The notes beneath the pieces are model-generated. The model was not told the origin of the DNA and did no database searches. It saw only the letters and a list, made by a program, of their open reading frames with translations. Of a DNA stretch of 64,000 nucleotides, positions 9,877 through 18,947 are shown in pieces. The stretch is from positions 124,001-188,000 of IMG/VR virus record IMGVR_UViG_3300033145_003233. The stretch is one strand, 5' to 3'. Each line of letters begins with the position of its first letter. The stretch's first letter is position 1. A program made the translations under genes and the position numbers.

Positions 9877-10708
9877 TGATAAAAGGATGATTTCTCCAAA
9901 GAATATGTTTCTTATTCACTCTCGTTTTAAAGTCTTCTACCATTTCTTTATATTTGTACGGATAAGGTCTTTTATATTCTTTATCGGGAGAATAGAGCCA
10001 AGAAGGAGAAGACATTAATGTTATTATATCTTTATCTGTTTCTTTTAAAAAAGAAGATTTATATAACTCATGAAAAAACTTTCCAGGATATAATAAATAT
10101 TTTCCAGTATGTCTTAATCTATCTGTGTTTTTTAATACTATTTTATTACATTGTAAAATACAGGACTTAAAAGCAAGTATAATATTTCTGGTGTATATGC
10201 CAGAAGCCCAATATATAGAAATTTTGTCAAAACCAGTATATATAGGAAAACATAGTTTCATAGCATCTTTATGGACAGCAGATAATATGGGTTCATGTTC
10301 CTTAACGGTCATTATGTCCATAGCATCATCTAAATACTTTGGTACAAGATTACCTTTTAATACAGGGTAGAAACAGAAACAGCTTCCTATGGCCGGTTTA
10401 TGCTCTAATAAGAAGTTCTCAAATATTTTCCAAGGATTTTTATTAGCATCTTCTGGATAATTTTTTATCTGGATGTTTAAATCTACATCGTCATCTAAAA
10501 ATACATAATATAGATATTTCTTAGGGACTATTTCAGCTAATTTATTTCTTCCTTCTGTCCATGTGCTATCTGGAAAAAATATATTGTTTTTGTGTTTTAC
10601 CGGCTTCTTCCATGAGAGAATATAAACTTCTCTTCCGATGTCCTCGATCATTTGAACATGATCGGGGATATAATCGGGGGCCTGAATTAAATATACTATC
10701 TCCTCCAT
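9869..10708 (-). CDS. GT-A fold glycosyltransferase paralog 1
   Basis: GRNKL, YYVFLDDD; first gene of array, GGTGGGG RBS. Confidence 0.72.
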   Translation of the reverse strand: MEEIVYLIQAPDYIPDHVQMIEDIGREVYILSWKKPVKHKNNIFFPDSTWTEGRNKLAEIVPKKYLYYVFLDDDVDLNIQIKNYPEDANKNPWKIFENFLLEHKPAIGSCFCFYPVLKGNLVPKYLDDAMDIMTVKEHEPILSAVHKDAMKLCFPIYTGFDKISIYWASGIYTRNIILAFKSCILQCNKIVLKNTDRLRHTGKYLLYPGKFFHELYKSSFLKETDKDIITLMSSPSWLYSPDKEYKRPYPYKYKEMVEDFKTRVNKKHILWRNHPFINE

Positions 10709-10841
10709 ACCCCACCTATTCTTTTAAACTAATAGCTGAATAGTATCTTGAATCGCAGGAAATAAGGAACATAAAGTAGTTGTGTCTAAATTAGTGCTAT
10801 AAATAAGATTGTTGATCTTTATAGCAATAAATGTAAAAAAA

Positions 10842-11144
10842 TTAATCATCGTTTTTCTCTTTCTCTATTTTAGAAATCACTTCGTTTATATCTTCTTTTA
10901 TTCTATCCTCTTGGGGAGATAAATCAGCAGCCCTAATAGCTTCAACTAACATCTCTAGATGTTCTACTGCCTCTTTAGAAGTATCAAACTTCCCCTTGTC
11001 AATGCTAACGATAGGAGTATTAATCTCTTCGTCTTTTAACATATATACAACTCCACCATATTTACCATCTTCAAATGGTCCCATAGAGACGCACTTAACA
11101 TCGTTTCCCCTAATCATTAGTGCTGATATTAGGCTCATTGCCAT
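10842..11144 (-). CDS. hypothetical protein
   Basis: 100 aa ORF, co-oriented. Confidence 0.7.
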   Translation of the reverse strand: MAMSLISALMIRGNDVKCVSMGPFEDGKYGGVVYMLKDEEINTPIVSIDKGKFDTSKEAVEHLEMLVEAIRAADLSPQEDRIKEDINEVISKIEKEKNDD

Positions 11145-11529
11145 AGTCTCTCCTAGCAGAAATTAATTCTAACTTTTTCTTTTTCTTTTCTTCCATATGA
11201 AATTTGGCATGACAATTTAGACACAAAACATCACACTTATCAATTTCATTTTGAAGCCTCTTTAACCCATATCCTCTGTTCACCATATCTGAGATATTGC
11301 CCTCTTTATCTCCGTCTCTATGATGAAAAGACAAACAACAAGTTGTTGTTACTCCACATGGACAAGGGTGATTAATTTTATATGCTTCAACATATTTGCG
11401 ATTTCTTTTAACTACCCTTTTTCTACTTCTTTTAGCCTGTTCTTTTTTCTTCTTTTTATTCTTAGCATACCATTTTTTACTATACTCAGAATTATAATCG
11501 CGTCTTGCCGTTTTGTTTTTTCTTGGCAA
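11110..11529 (-). CDS. HNH endonuclease
   Basis: CxC..LSFHH..KCDVLCLNCHAKFH; TTG start after GAGGGG. Confidence 0.85.
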   Translation of the reverse strand: MPRKNKTARRDYNSEYSKKWYAKNKKKKKEQAKRSRKRVVKRNRKYVEAYKINHPCPCGVTTTCCLSFHHRDGDKEGNISDMVNRGYGLKRLQNEIDKCDVLCLNCHAKFHMEEKKKKKLELISARRDYGNEPNISTND

Positions 11530-11602
11530 AACCTTCCCCTCGTTATTAATATTTCATATTATCTATTTTATCGTCTTATTTATCACTTTTCAATTAGTTT
11601 TT

Positions 11603-11636
11603 AAAAAAAAACCCAGGCTTCCGAAGAAGACTGGGG
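11603..11636 (-). terminator. intrinsic terminator
   Basis: CCCAG-CTTC-TTCG-GAAG-CTGGG hairpin then T run on minus strand. Confidence 0.75.
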
Positions 11637-11745
11637 CCTGATGGCATACCATCAGGGCGGTATCTATATTATACCACATATACTTTCACTTTCCTCTATG
11701 TTTTTAAAAAAGGTAAATTTATTTTTTAATAGAAATAAAACTATT

Positions 11746-11979
11746 ATGGGATGGACATGGGGAGATAATGTAAAGAAGCCAGTAGTGAAGCTCAATGGGG
11801 AATGTATAAACAGATCCCAATGGAAATATTGCCCGTACTGGACTGCAAAACATAGGGTTGACTCAAAAAGAGTTACTGGTTTTCGTTGTTTATTGTTTGA
11901 TGTAGATAAGAATAACGGAATGTTGTCTTTACCACAATGTAATGCACGATATGGCACAACTTATGATGGTGATCCATAA
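11746..11979 (+). CDS. Cys-containing hypothetical protein (start MGWTWGDN)
   Basis: plus-strand ORF between two terminators; start trimmed from track ORF 11641. Confidence 0.6.
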   Translation: MGWTWGDNVKKPVVKLNGECINRSQWKYCPYWTAKHRVDSKRVTGFRCLLFDVDKNNGMLSLPQCNARYGTTYDGDP

Positions 11980-12008
11980 AAAAGACCTCCTATTACAAGA
12001 ATAGGAGG
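11978..12008 (-). terminator. intrinsic terminator, possibly bidirectional
   Basis: CCTCCTATT/AATAGGAGG stem next to A run. Confidence 0.65.
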
Positions 12009-12073
12009 CCTTCGGTTCAGGACTCGATGTTAATCGAATCAGGACAAGATATAAGCATTATACCAGAAATCTT

Positions 12074-12472
12074 TCACTTTTCAAGTGTTTTTATTTTTTC
12101 TTTATTCGGAGTATATATTCCGCCCCCTATTCCAAATCTTTCTTTTAAAACAATTGCCATTTGTTTTGAATCTTCAATAAAACTATCCCAATAATCTTCT
12201 CCAGAAGGAGAAGGAAGCTCTCCTCTTAATCTTCTTATATATCCGAATAATTTACCTATTCTTCCGCTCCCCCATATAAGGCCAGTTATTCTAGTGCTTG
12301 CCAAAAAGTAAATATTATTAAGGTTCCACATCATTTCTATTGAAGTCATTAATCTAAATCTATCTGGGTGTTTAGTTATTCCTATTCTCGTTTCTAATAT
12401 TATCGTAAATAAGATAAGAGGTATTGATATAATTATTAACATAAACATAAGAATGTATTTGAATATTTTCAT
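12074..12472 (-). CDS. hypothetical membrane protein
   Basis: N-terminal hydrophobic helix. Confidence 0.7.
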   Translation of the reverse strand: MKIFKYILMFMLIIISIPLILFTIILETRIGITKHPDRFRLMTSIEMMWNLNNIYFLASTRITGLIWGSGRIGKLFGYIRRLRGELPSPSGEDYWDSFIEDSKQMAIVLKERFGIGGGIYTPNKEKIKTLEK

Positions 12473-12696
12473 AAATCTAAAATGTCAAACCTATTATCTA
12501 TTGGATTATTTATTTTATAATCTAGTATATTACCTTCTTCATCTCTTTCAAATTTATTGAAACAAGATAAACAATATTTAAACTCACATTTTGACTGATC
12601 CTCTGGAGGAAAAAGATCTATTCTTACAGCATATTTATTCCCATCTAAAAGGTTGCCACAATGATCACAATAATATTTTTGTTCTTTTTCAATCAT
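12469..12696 (-). CDS. CxxC protein, tag NRFDILDL
   Basis: CDHC/CLSC; C-terminal tag. Confidence 0.8.
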   Translation of the reverse strand: MIEKEQKYYCDHCGNLLDGNKYAVRIDLFPPEDQSKCEFKYCLSCFNKFERDEEGNILDYKINNPIDNRFDILDL

Positions 12697-13031
12697 AAAT
12701 CTAAAATCTCAAAACGATTATTAATAGGGTCAGGATTAACAATAGTGTTTTTCCCAACCCATATCTGATGTCCAATCGCAGCTTCTTCCCATGTAGAATA
12801 TCTTTCCTGCTCTCCATCGAGGGGGCCTCCAAATACCATAGTTTCAAAAACTATGGGAGGATCACTCTTATAATAATTATGATTCAAACCCAGAAACACA
12901 GTTGAAATCTCAATATCTCCTATCTTAGTTTGCGCAAGTACCCTATCAGCCTTAGCAAACCATTTGCCCCATTCATTAATGTCTTCACACATGACAGGTT
13001 TATGACCTTCTAATATATAATGCTCAGCCAT
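12693..13031 (-). CDS. phage hypothetical protein, tag NRFEILDL
   Basis: ISTVFLGLNH..FETMVFGG; tag. Confidence 0.8.
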   Translation of the reverse strand: MAEHYILEGHKPVMCEDINEWGKWFAKADRVLAQTKIGDIEISTVFLGLNHNYYKSDPPIVFETMVFGGPLDGEQERYSTWEEAAIGHQIWVGKNTIVNPDPINNRFEILDL

Positions 13032-13038
13032 TTCTTAC

Positions 13039-13227
13039 CTATAAATCCAAAATTTCAAATCTACTCTCTATAGGAATAGGAAGTATTCCTTTCATTATTT
13101 CCTCTGTAGGCCAATATTCATCTTTATCATAACAAGTTTGGCAATAAGATGTGGCATGACCCTCAACATAAATAATTGTTTTGTAATACCCACATCGAGG
13201 ACAACGCATTTCATCTATAAAACTCAT
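13039..13227 (-). CDS. CxxC protein, tag SRFEILDL
   Basis: CPRC/CQTC; tag. Confidence 0.8.
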   Translation of the reverse strand: MSFIDEMRCPRCGYYKTIIYVEGHATSYCQTCYDKDEYWPTEEIMKGILPIPIESRFEILDL

Positions 13228-13442
13228 ATATCCAAAATCTCAAATCTATCATTAATTTTAACAATTTTATTTTTGTCTATGTTCTCCGAGACATTCTCTA
13301 AGGGGCAATCCGGAGAAATAAATGAAGAGACATAACTAGAATCAAATCTCTTCTGAGTTTTTTGGCAAACAAAAAAATAAACAACTTTTTCAAGAAAAGG
13401 ACACTCATCACAATATTCGATTAATAAATCTAATTTCTTCAT
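13224..13442 (-). CDS. Cys-rich protein, tag DRFEILDI
   Basis: CDECP..C..CP; tag. Confidence 0.8.
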   Translation of the reverse strand: MKKLDLLIEYCDECPFLEKVVYFFVCQKTQKRFDSSYVSSFISPDCPLENVSENIDKNKIVKINDRFEILDI

Positions 13443-13624
13443 ATATCTAAGATCTCAAATCTGCTATATATTGGCTCTGGAGGAATGTGCCTTCTAGCAC
13501 AAGTTGCACATGCTATAAATACTTTTCCTTCATCATCAGCGGATTCCCATTCCCATACTTCTTTAGCAACAGCAAATCTCTCATAACCTAGCATTATTTT
13601 TCTATTACAAAAAGCGCAATACAC
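13439..13624 (-). CDS. CxxC protein, tag SRFEILDI
   Basis: CAFC/CATC; tag. Confidence 0.8.
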   Translation of the reverse strand: MYCAFCNRKIMLGYERFAVAKEVWEWESADDEGKVFIACATCARRHIPPEPIYSRFEILDI

Positions 13625-13863
13625 TATATATCCAATATTTCAAATCTACTATATATGCCTTCCGGCAATACATATTTACACTCATACCATCCACCATATG
13701 GCATTACATCATTTCTTTCACAACAAATAGAACAATATATTTTCGCTCTTTCATATTTGCCTTTAATCCCGATAGCCCACATCTTTTTATTTAAACGATA
13801 TTCTTTAATAGTTAAATATTTTTCACCTACCCATATCTCCTCACAACAAATATCACAATACAT
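13624..13863 (-). CDS. CxxC protein, tag SRFEILDI
   Basis: CDIC/CSIC; tag. Confidence 0.8.
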   Translation of the reverse strand: MYCDICCEEIWVGEKYLTIKEYRLNKKMWAIGIKGKYERAKIYCSICCERNDVMPYGGWYECKYVLPEGIYSRFEILDI

Positions 13864-14210
13864 TATATGTCCATTATCTCAAATCTATTTTCTATAATAG
13901 TATCTTTTTCTATAACTGTATTGCCTTTTGTAGGAAGAGGAGGTATGGGCATCCAATGAGTTACTGACCAAAATTTCTTTGATAAAGGGTTAAAAAAACC
14001 ATAGAACCTCTTATTTACATCAAACATAAACATTGAGGTGTCTCCTTTGTGAGATAAATGTTCAGGACAAATCCTCAATAGGGCAGAAAAGATTGTGCTG
14101 TCGGGAACTCCATTCTCCATTTTACCACGAACTGGGTCTATATCACAACAGAGAACCGTTTTCCCTATTGGGGGCAATCTCTTTTTAACATTATGCCATT
14201 GTCTTCTCAT
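13863..14210 (-). CDS. DUF551-like protein, tag NRFEIMDI
   Basis: WHNVKKRLP...VTHWMPIPPLP; tag. Confidence 0.75.
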   Translation of the reverse strand: MRRQWHNVKKRLPPIGKTVLCCDIDPVRGKMENGVPDSTIFSALLRICPEHLSHKGDTSMFMFDVNKRFYGFFNPLSKKFWSVTHWMPIPPLPTKGNTVIEKDTIIENRFEIMDI

Positions 14211-14446
14211 TATAAATCCATAATTTCAAATCTACTCTTTATTGGTGATGGTCTAGGAGCTTTTTTTGTCGTATCTATAGAACCATTTACTGCTCTGGCA
14301 TTCATCGAACATCTTCTATGATAACAATATAAACGATGTATCGGTTTCGACATATCAGTTAATCTTGCACTTTCTTCTGATGCCCAGATTTTTTTACCAC
14401 AATAATGACAAATTGTATAAGGAACTTTTATAGATGATGATCCCAA
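14210..14446 (-). CDS. CxxC protein, tag SRFEIMDL
   Basis: CHYC/HRRC; tag. Confidence 0.8.
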   Translation of the reverse strand: MGSSSIKVPYTICHYCGKKIWASEESARLTDMSKPIHRLYCYHRRCSMNARAVNGSIDTTKKAPRPSPIKSRFEIMDL

Positions 14447-14778
14447 TTCTCCCCTGGCCCCTCTCTTCTAAAGCAAGATTTATCTCTTAACATATCTGAA
14501 ATACGAACTGTTGTTCTTTTTGATGTTACCCACTCCTCACCCTCGACTAAATAAAGATCGGTCCATTCAAGTTCTACCTGTGTTCCGTCCTGTTCAGTAT
14601 CTTTTATTATATGTCCGTTAATTGGTATGCTATGTGTCTTTTTAAATTCCTTACACTTTTCATTTAATTCTCTTAATGCCGTGTGGATCTTCTCTCTTGC
14701 TTCATATTGTTTTCTTTTAAGATCCAGTAATTTCTTTTCTAATTGTTCTCTTTGTGTTTTAAGTGTTTTCTTTTTCAT
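14428..14778 (-). CDS. coiled-coil hypothetical protein (untagged)
   Basis: start trimmed to MKKKT after GGAG. Confidence 0.7.
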   Translation of the reverse strand: MKKKTLKTQREQLEKKLLDLKRKQYEAREKIHTALRELNEKCKEFKKTHSIPINGHIIKDTEQDGTQVELEWTDLYLVEGEEWVTSKRTTVRISDMLRDKSCFRREGPGENWDHHL

Positions 14779-14797
14779 TTGTTCTCTCCTATCTTTA

Positions 14798-15067
14798 TTA
14801 TAAATCCATAATCTCAAATCTATTATCTATGGAATCTGATACCTCTTCTATTATTTTTGCAAACTCTTTTATTTCTCTTTCTGACCAATTATAGCCAATC
14901 TCTTCCATCTTATAAATTCTAAACATTTCATGCCCATTTGCGCTCTTTTCTCGAGTAAAATCTTTTATTGTAAATATGTTTTTATGTTTTTTTAATGCTT
15001 CTCGTATGTCTGTATTATAATTATCATGAGCTATTATCTCTACCTTATCTCCTATTTTATATTTCAT
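14798..15067 (-). CDS. MKYKxGD (SH3/KOW-like) protein, tag NRFEIMDL
   Basis: paralog of 22933-24105 genes; tag. Confidence 0.8.
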   Translation of the reverse strand: MKYKIGDKVEIIAHDNYNTDIREALKKHKNIFTIKDFTREKSANGHEMFRIYKMEEIGYNWSEREIKEFAKIIEEVSDSIDNRFEIMDL

Positions 15068-15252
15068 ATATCTAAAATCTCAAATCTACTATATATTGGC
15101 ACAGGTATCGGGAGAGGCTTTGGAACCTGTGGATAACTATATTCGTGCTCACCAGGACATGTCTCACAATAATAGATCACAGCATAATCATCAGGACAAG
15201 TAACAATAGTTTTTAATTTTCCACAACAAGAACAAATTCTTAACACAGCCAT
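15064..15252 (-). CDS. CxxC protein, tag SRFEILDI
   Basis: CSCC/CETC; tag. Confidence 0.8.
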   Translation of the reverse strand: MAVLRICSCCGKLKTIVTCPDDYAVIYYCETCPGEHEYSYPQVPKPLPIPVPIYSRFEILDI

Positions 15253-15254
15253 GA

Positions 15255-15467
15255 TTACAAATCCAGAATATCGAACCTACTAACCACTGATTCTCCTTTT
15301 TCTCCTCCACGTCTTACCCACCAATAACAAGCTGTACAGTAATATTCATAAGAAGATCCCCAAGCAGGATAGACATAATGATATTCTCCAAATGGTTTGC
15401 CCATTAAAGATTTCTCACAACGAAAACATTTTACCGGGTCATCCATACGATAAGTCCAATATCTCAA
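15255..15467 (-). CDS. CxxC protein, tag SRFDILDL
   Basis: CFRC/CTAC; tag. Confidence 0.8.
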   Translation of the reverse strand: MRYWTYRMDDPVKCFRCEKSLMGKPFGEYHYVYPAWGSSYEYYCTACYWWVRRGGEKGESVVSRFDILDL

Positions 15468-15810
15468 ACCGACTTATTATAGGATCAAAAACTTCTTCTT
15501 CTGGTTCTTCTGTTTCTTCTTTATAATTTAATATAAACTGTTTTAATGCACTCTTATTGCAAGAATCATTTGAATCGATATTAAGGTCGAACAAACCCAT
15601 TCTATTTTTCATCAACTTAACTTTTTTATTGCCGCTATTATCAATATACCTATGTGCAATAACGCTCGCCGTGTGTCTCTCTCTCATCCCTAAAACACCG
15701 AATAGAGGACTTTTTAACCTTACTTCCTCCGTAAAAATTTTATTCTTGGCCATATCATCGTCATCAAGAATTATAATTTTTCCATATGTTACATGGTCTA
15801 AAGTTATCAT
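15439..15810 (-). CDS. hypothetical protein, tag SRFEILDLSYG
   Basis: start trimmed to MITLD; KLMKNRMG resembles a DnaB-type C-terminal motif (weak). Confidence 0.7.
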   Translation of the reverse strand: MITLDHVTYGKIIILDDDDMAKNKIFTEEVRLKSPLFGVLGMRERHTASVIAHRYIDNSGNKKVKLMKNRMGLFDLNIDSNDSCNKSALKQFILNYKEETEEPEEEVFDPIISRFEILDLSYG

Positions 15811-16004
15811 ATTCCCTCCCGCTTTATTGCTAACATAATTAATGTTGTTTGAGTACAATTAAACCATCTTTGCACAAAATCTAATGCCAAGTCGTCCTCT
15901 TTATATTTATCTAAAAAATAGAACAATACTTTCTTGTCATAATCTGTAAATTCTTGAGAAGTTCTCTTTTTCTGATCTCCTAATTGTGTTCTCAAGGAAG
16001 TCAT
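15807..16004 (-). CDS. hypothetical protein (untagged)
   Basis: coupled ORF. Confidence 0.65.
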   Translation of the reverse strand: MTSLRTQLGDQKKRTSQEFTDYDKKVLFYFLDKYKEDDLALDFVQRWFNCTQTTLIMLAIKREGI

Positions 16005-16210
16005 AGGTCTAATATCTCGAATCTACTAAATATTGGATCAAAAATTGGTTCCTCATCGAAAATATACACAGAAGGCGAAGAAGATCTTTTTTCGGTACAG
16101 CTATTACAATAAAAATTTTGTGCATTAACCGTATGATTAACAATAGTAAGAGGACCTCCTCCAGGGATAATTATTTTACTACAACTATTACACATATATC
16201 CAGTTGCCAT
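16001..16210 (-). CDS. CxxC protein, tag SRFEILDL
   Basis: start trimmed to MATGY; CNSC x2; tag. Confidence 0.78.
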   Translation of the reverse strand: MATGYMCNSCSKIIIPGGGPLTIVNHTVNAQNFYCNSCTEKRSSSPSVYIFDEEPIFDPIFSRFEILDL

Positions 16211-16211
16211 A

Positions 16212-16388
16212 TTATAAATCCAAAATCTCAAATCTATCATATATAGGAGTTGGAACTAAAACTGCCATACTTCTTTTACATTTTTTCTGAATAACACAGT
16301 CTGTGCAATGAAAATTAGCATCAAAGAAAACAATCTCTTCATTATCTTCTATCTTTTTGCGACAAGCATGACACTTCATTTCTACCAT
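16212..16388 (-). CDS. 58 aa CxxC protein missing from track, tag DRFEILDL
   Basis: translated by hand: MVEMKCHACRKK...CTDC...PIYDRFEILDL*. Confidence 0.8.
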   Translation of the reverse strand: MVEMKCHACRKKIEDNEEIVFFDANFHCTDCVIQKKCKRSMAVLVPTPIYDRFEILDL

Positions 16389-16657
16389 TACAAATCCATC
16401 ATCTCAAATCTATCTATATTTTCTCTTTTCTCTACCTCCTTTTTTAAGGGCCTTCTTACTATATGATCTCCCTTCTGTCTTCCCCAACCAACCACTATCT
16501 CCCATCCATCTGCAAGAAGATAATATATAGATTCCATATTTTGCCCCATATCACCATATCTGCCATAGTCATACTTGTCAAAAAATCCATATTCATAATT
16601 ATCTATTTCCATTCTTTTCGTAATAACATATTTATCTTTATATTTATCTCTAGCCAT
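16388..16657 (-). CDS. LADGWE-family protein, tag DRFEMMDL
   Basis: paralog of 18490 and 18696; tag. Confidence 0.8.
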   Translation of the reverse strand: MARDKYKDKYVITKRMEIDNYEYGFFDKYDYGRYGDMGQNMESIYYLLADGWEIVVGWGRQKGDHIVRRPLKKEVEKRENIDRFEMMDL

Positions 16658-16911
16658 TACAAATCTAATATTTCAAATCTGCTCCCTATCGGAATAAAGA
16701 AAGATTTATTTTCCAAAATCTCAAAATAGCTACTTGATTTAACAGAATCTCCTTCAAAATAAGAGAGAAAACAAATTTCCATTATTTCTGGAATCTCTAG
16801 AATTTCTTCTCCATTAAAAATAAGACGATAACAAGCAGTATGGGTTCCGGAGCAAGCAAATCCAGCACAAGCGAAAGAACGTTGAAAACGATCTTTATTT
16901 CTAACTCTCAT
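16657..16911 (-). CDS. hypothetical protein, tag SRFEILDL
   Basis: tag. Confidence 0.75.
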   Translation of the reverse strand: MRVRNKDRFQRSFACAGFACSGTHTACYRLIFNGEEILEIPEIMEICFLSYFEGDSVKSSSYFEILENKSFFIPIGSRFEILDL

Positions 16912-17348
16912 AAATCCATCATCCCAAAGCGACCGTCCTCAGCATTTATTGGTTTGGGGGTTTTTCTTTCAGGAGGACGAGGATCTAATTCATATCCAGC
17001 ACGTTCTGACTCTCCTATTCTTTTTATTTTTTTCCATTGTCTTCTAGATATTTGAGAAATACTTTTTTTCATACAAGATTGACAAGCACACGTCCATCCC
17101 CAAAAAGAAACTTGTAGAACTACACTGCTTGTAGTCTTGTTCCCAAATTTATCCTTCGTTTTAATTGGGGCCAAGCAAAAACTATGTTTTTCTCTGACAT
17201 CCATACCATGCTCTACATCATAACCAATACTCTGCCATGAATATTTTCCCTCTTCTTTGGTGCTTGTTGTAATCGTTTCTTTTTTCCCGCAAAAATCACA
17301 AATATATGTGCTTGTATGTTTATGACTTTCTTCTTTTTTTACTCCCAT
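16908..17348 (-). CDS. CxxC protein, tag GRFGMMDL
   Basis: CDFC/CQSC; divergent tag. Confidence 0.78.
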   Translation of the reverse strand: MGVKKEESHKHTSTYICDFCGKKETITTSTKEEGKYSWQSIGYDVEHGMDVREKHSFCLAPIKTKDKFGNKTTSSVVLQVSFWGWTCACQSCMKKSISQISRRQWKKIKRIGESERAGYELDPRPPERKTPKPINAEDGRFGMMDL

Positions 17349-17350
17349 AA

Positions 17351-17545
17351 TTATTTCTTCTTCAATTTTTTCAGAGCTTTTTTCGAAGCCACATCAATTC
17401 TTTTAATAATAAAAAATGGTCCCATCTCAGGATATTCAGAAACTATTTCTTCTTCAAAAGGACATTCAGAACAACATACAACTCTGTCTGATGCCAAATT
17501 CTTCTTACATAGTTTGACATGCTTTTTTAGCTTTTTCTTATCCAC
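17351..17545 (-). CDS. basic Cys-containing hypothetical protein
   Basis: coupled ORF. Confidence 0.65.
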   Translation of the reverse strand: MDKKKLKKHVKLCKKNLASDRVVCCSECPFEEEIVSEYPEMGPFFIIKRIDVASKKALKKLKKK

Positions 17546-17754
17546 TATCTCTTTTCCAATTTTGGAGTTTTAAATGATTCTTCATGACACTGTGTTAAAA
17601 TAGTTTTTAAAAGCCTACCAGAACCTTTGCACTTTTTACACGTTTCAGTCCAATGATCATAATGACCATTATGATAATCTGTTAATTCACTTTGATGAAT
17701 TACCCCTTCTCCTTCACATTTGGTGCATAAAATTATTTGCTTTTCTTTATCCAT
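17545..17754 (-). CDS. DnaJ-type zinc-finger-like protein
   Basis: CTKCEGEG and CKKCKGSG (CxxCxGxG x2). Confidence 0.7.
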   Translation of the reverse strand: MDKEKQIILCTKCEGEGVIHQSELTDYHNGHYDHWTETCKKCKGSGRLLKTILTQCHEESFKTPKLEKR

Positions 17755-17959
17755 ATTTATGATCCTCCTTTACTTCTTGAATGCTCCCCACATGATCTCC
17801 ATGGAAATGGACAACACTAAATATGTTCATTAAAGGGTATTTCATAATCAACCCATTCTTGAGTTGAAAACAACAAAACCCACCCTTTGTGTAGATTGCC
17901 TCAACATCTTTTCTCACTAATGGCGTAGACGCTGAGTGAAAAATTATTTCAACTTCCAT
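17747..17959 (-). CDS. hypothetical protein
   Basis: coupled ORF with GGGGG RBS. Confidence 0.7.
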   Translation of the reverse strand: MEVEIIFHSASTPLVRKDVEAIYTKGGFCCFQLKNGLIMKYPLMNIFSVVHFHGDHVGSIQEVKEDHKYG

Positions 17960-17981
17960 TATTTACCCCCCACAATAATTT

Positions 17982-18245
17982 CTACAAATCTATGTCTCTA
18001 TCCCATTGCTGTCCAGGATGAACCCTTGTATATCTCCTGCTAGCACAGCCAGGAGTACTTAAAACATTCTTCCAAGACCAAAGTGCAAAGATCCCCAACA
18101 ACACAGCAGATAGGAGATTCCAAAAAGAAACATAAAACCACAAACAATATAAAGCCCTCAAAAAGAAAGCGCTAAATATTAAGGCCACGACACCTCTCAA
18201 GCTTTTAAACTTAGAGGCATTTCTTTTAATTAGAAACCAACTCAT
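17982..18245 (-). CDS. hypothetical membrane protein
   Basis: two hydrophobic helices. Confidence 0.7.
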   Translation of the reverse strand: MSWFLIKRNASKFKSLRGVVALIFSAFFLRALYCLWFYVSFWNLLSAVLLGIFALWSWKNVLSTPGCASRRYTRVHPGQQWDRDIDL

Positions 18246-18259
18246 CTTTTTAACTCCTT

Positions 18260-18433
18260 CTAAATTTCAAATTCATCTGCTAAATCTAACCACTTAACAA
18301 AAGCTTTAGCAATTTTAACACATCTTCCACATTTTTCAGCTTCTATATCACATAATTCCAGATGACACTTAGAACAAAGCCCATCTGGAGACTCCAACTC
18401 AAGCTCATTTTCACACATTCTACAATTTTTCAT
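18260..18433 (-). CDS. 57 aa Cys-rich protein missing from track
   Basis: hand translation MKNCRMC...CSKC...CGRC; GGGAGGG RBS. Confidence 0.65.
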   Translation of the reverse strand: MKNCRMCENELELESPDGLCSKCHLELCDIEAEKCGRCVKIAKAFVKWLDLADEFEI

Positions 18434-18489
18434 TCTTCCCTCCCATTCCTATATTATACCCGTTTTACTTTCACTTTCTAACTATTTTT

Positions 18490-18696
18490 TTAAACTTGTC
18501 TTCTTACGATGTGGTCATACCCGTATTTTCCCATACAAGCAACAATTTCCCACCCATCTGCAAGAAGGTAGTACCTACTATCTATCAGGCAATTATCACA
18601 TTCATCTTCGTTCTCATCATCTGAAAAATAACCATATTCATACCCTTTGATTATTTTTTTATCAATTATTCTATATTTCTCTTTTTTTTTAGCCAT
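18490..18696 (-). CDS. LADGWE-family protein (untagged paralog)
   Basis: aligns by eye with 16388..16657 but stops before linker and tag. Confidence 0.75.
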   Translation of the reverse strand: MAKKKEKYRIIDKKIIKGYEYGYFSDDENEDECDNCLIDSRYYLLADGWEIVACMGKYGYDHIVRRQV

Positions 18697-18947
18697 TATA
18701 TATCCATCATCTCAAATCTGCTAACTTGTGTCTTATCTTGTCTTATGAGAGGTCTTTTTAAATAAAAATCATCCTTATCTCCAGCAGAAGTGTTAGTAAT
18801 AACTTCCCAACCATCTGCAACAGCACAAAATAATGCTGGTGGTTTATCATTATTAGCAAGAAAACTGTAAAGAACACTATATTCATAGTCATCTATTACG
18901 ATAAAATCTGCCAAAACATATTTTGATTTATTTTTATCTTTATACAT
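18696..18947 (-). CDS. LADGWE-family protein, tag SRFEMMDI
   Basis: VADGWEV; tag. Confidence 0.78.
   Translation of the reverse strand: MYKDKNKSKYVLADFIVIDDYEYSVLYSFLANNDKPPALFCAVADGWEVITNTSAGDKDDFYLKRPLIRQDKTQVSRFEMMDI

Noticed and set aside
936-10708. Diversity-generating retroelement acting on the GT array
   Set aside because: No reverse transcriptase and no near-identical template/variable repeat pair differing only at adenines; the variation includes indels.
18260-18433. C-terminus WLDLADEFEI as a tag copy
   Set aside because: Residue order does not match R-F-E-I-L-D-L; not counted.
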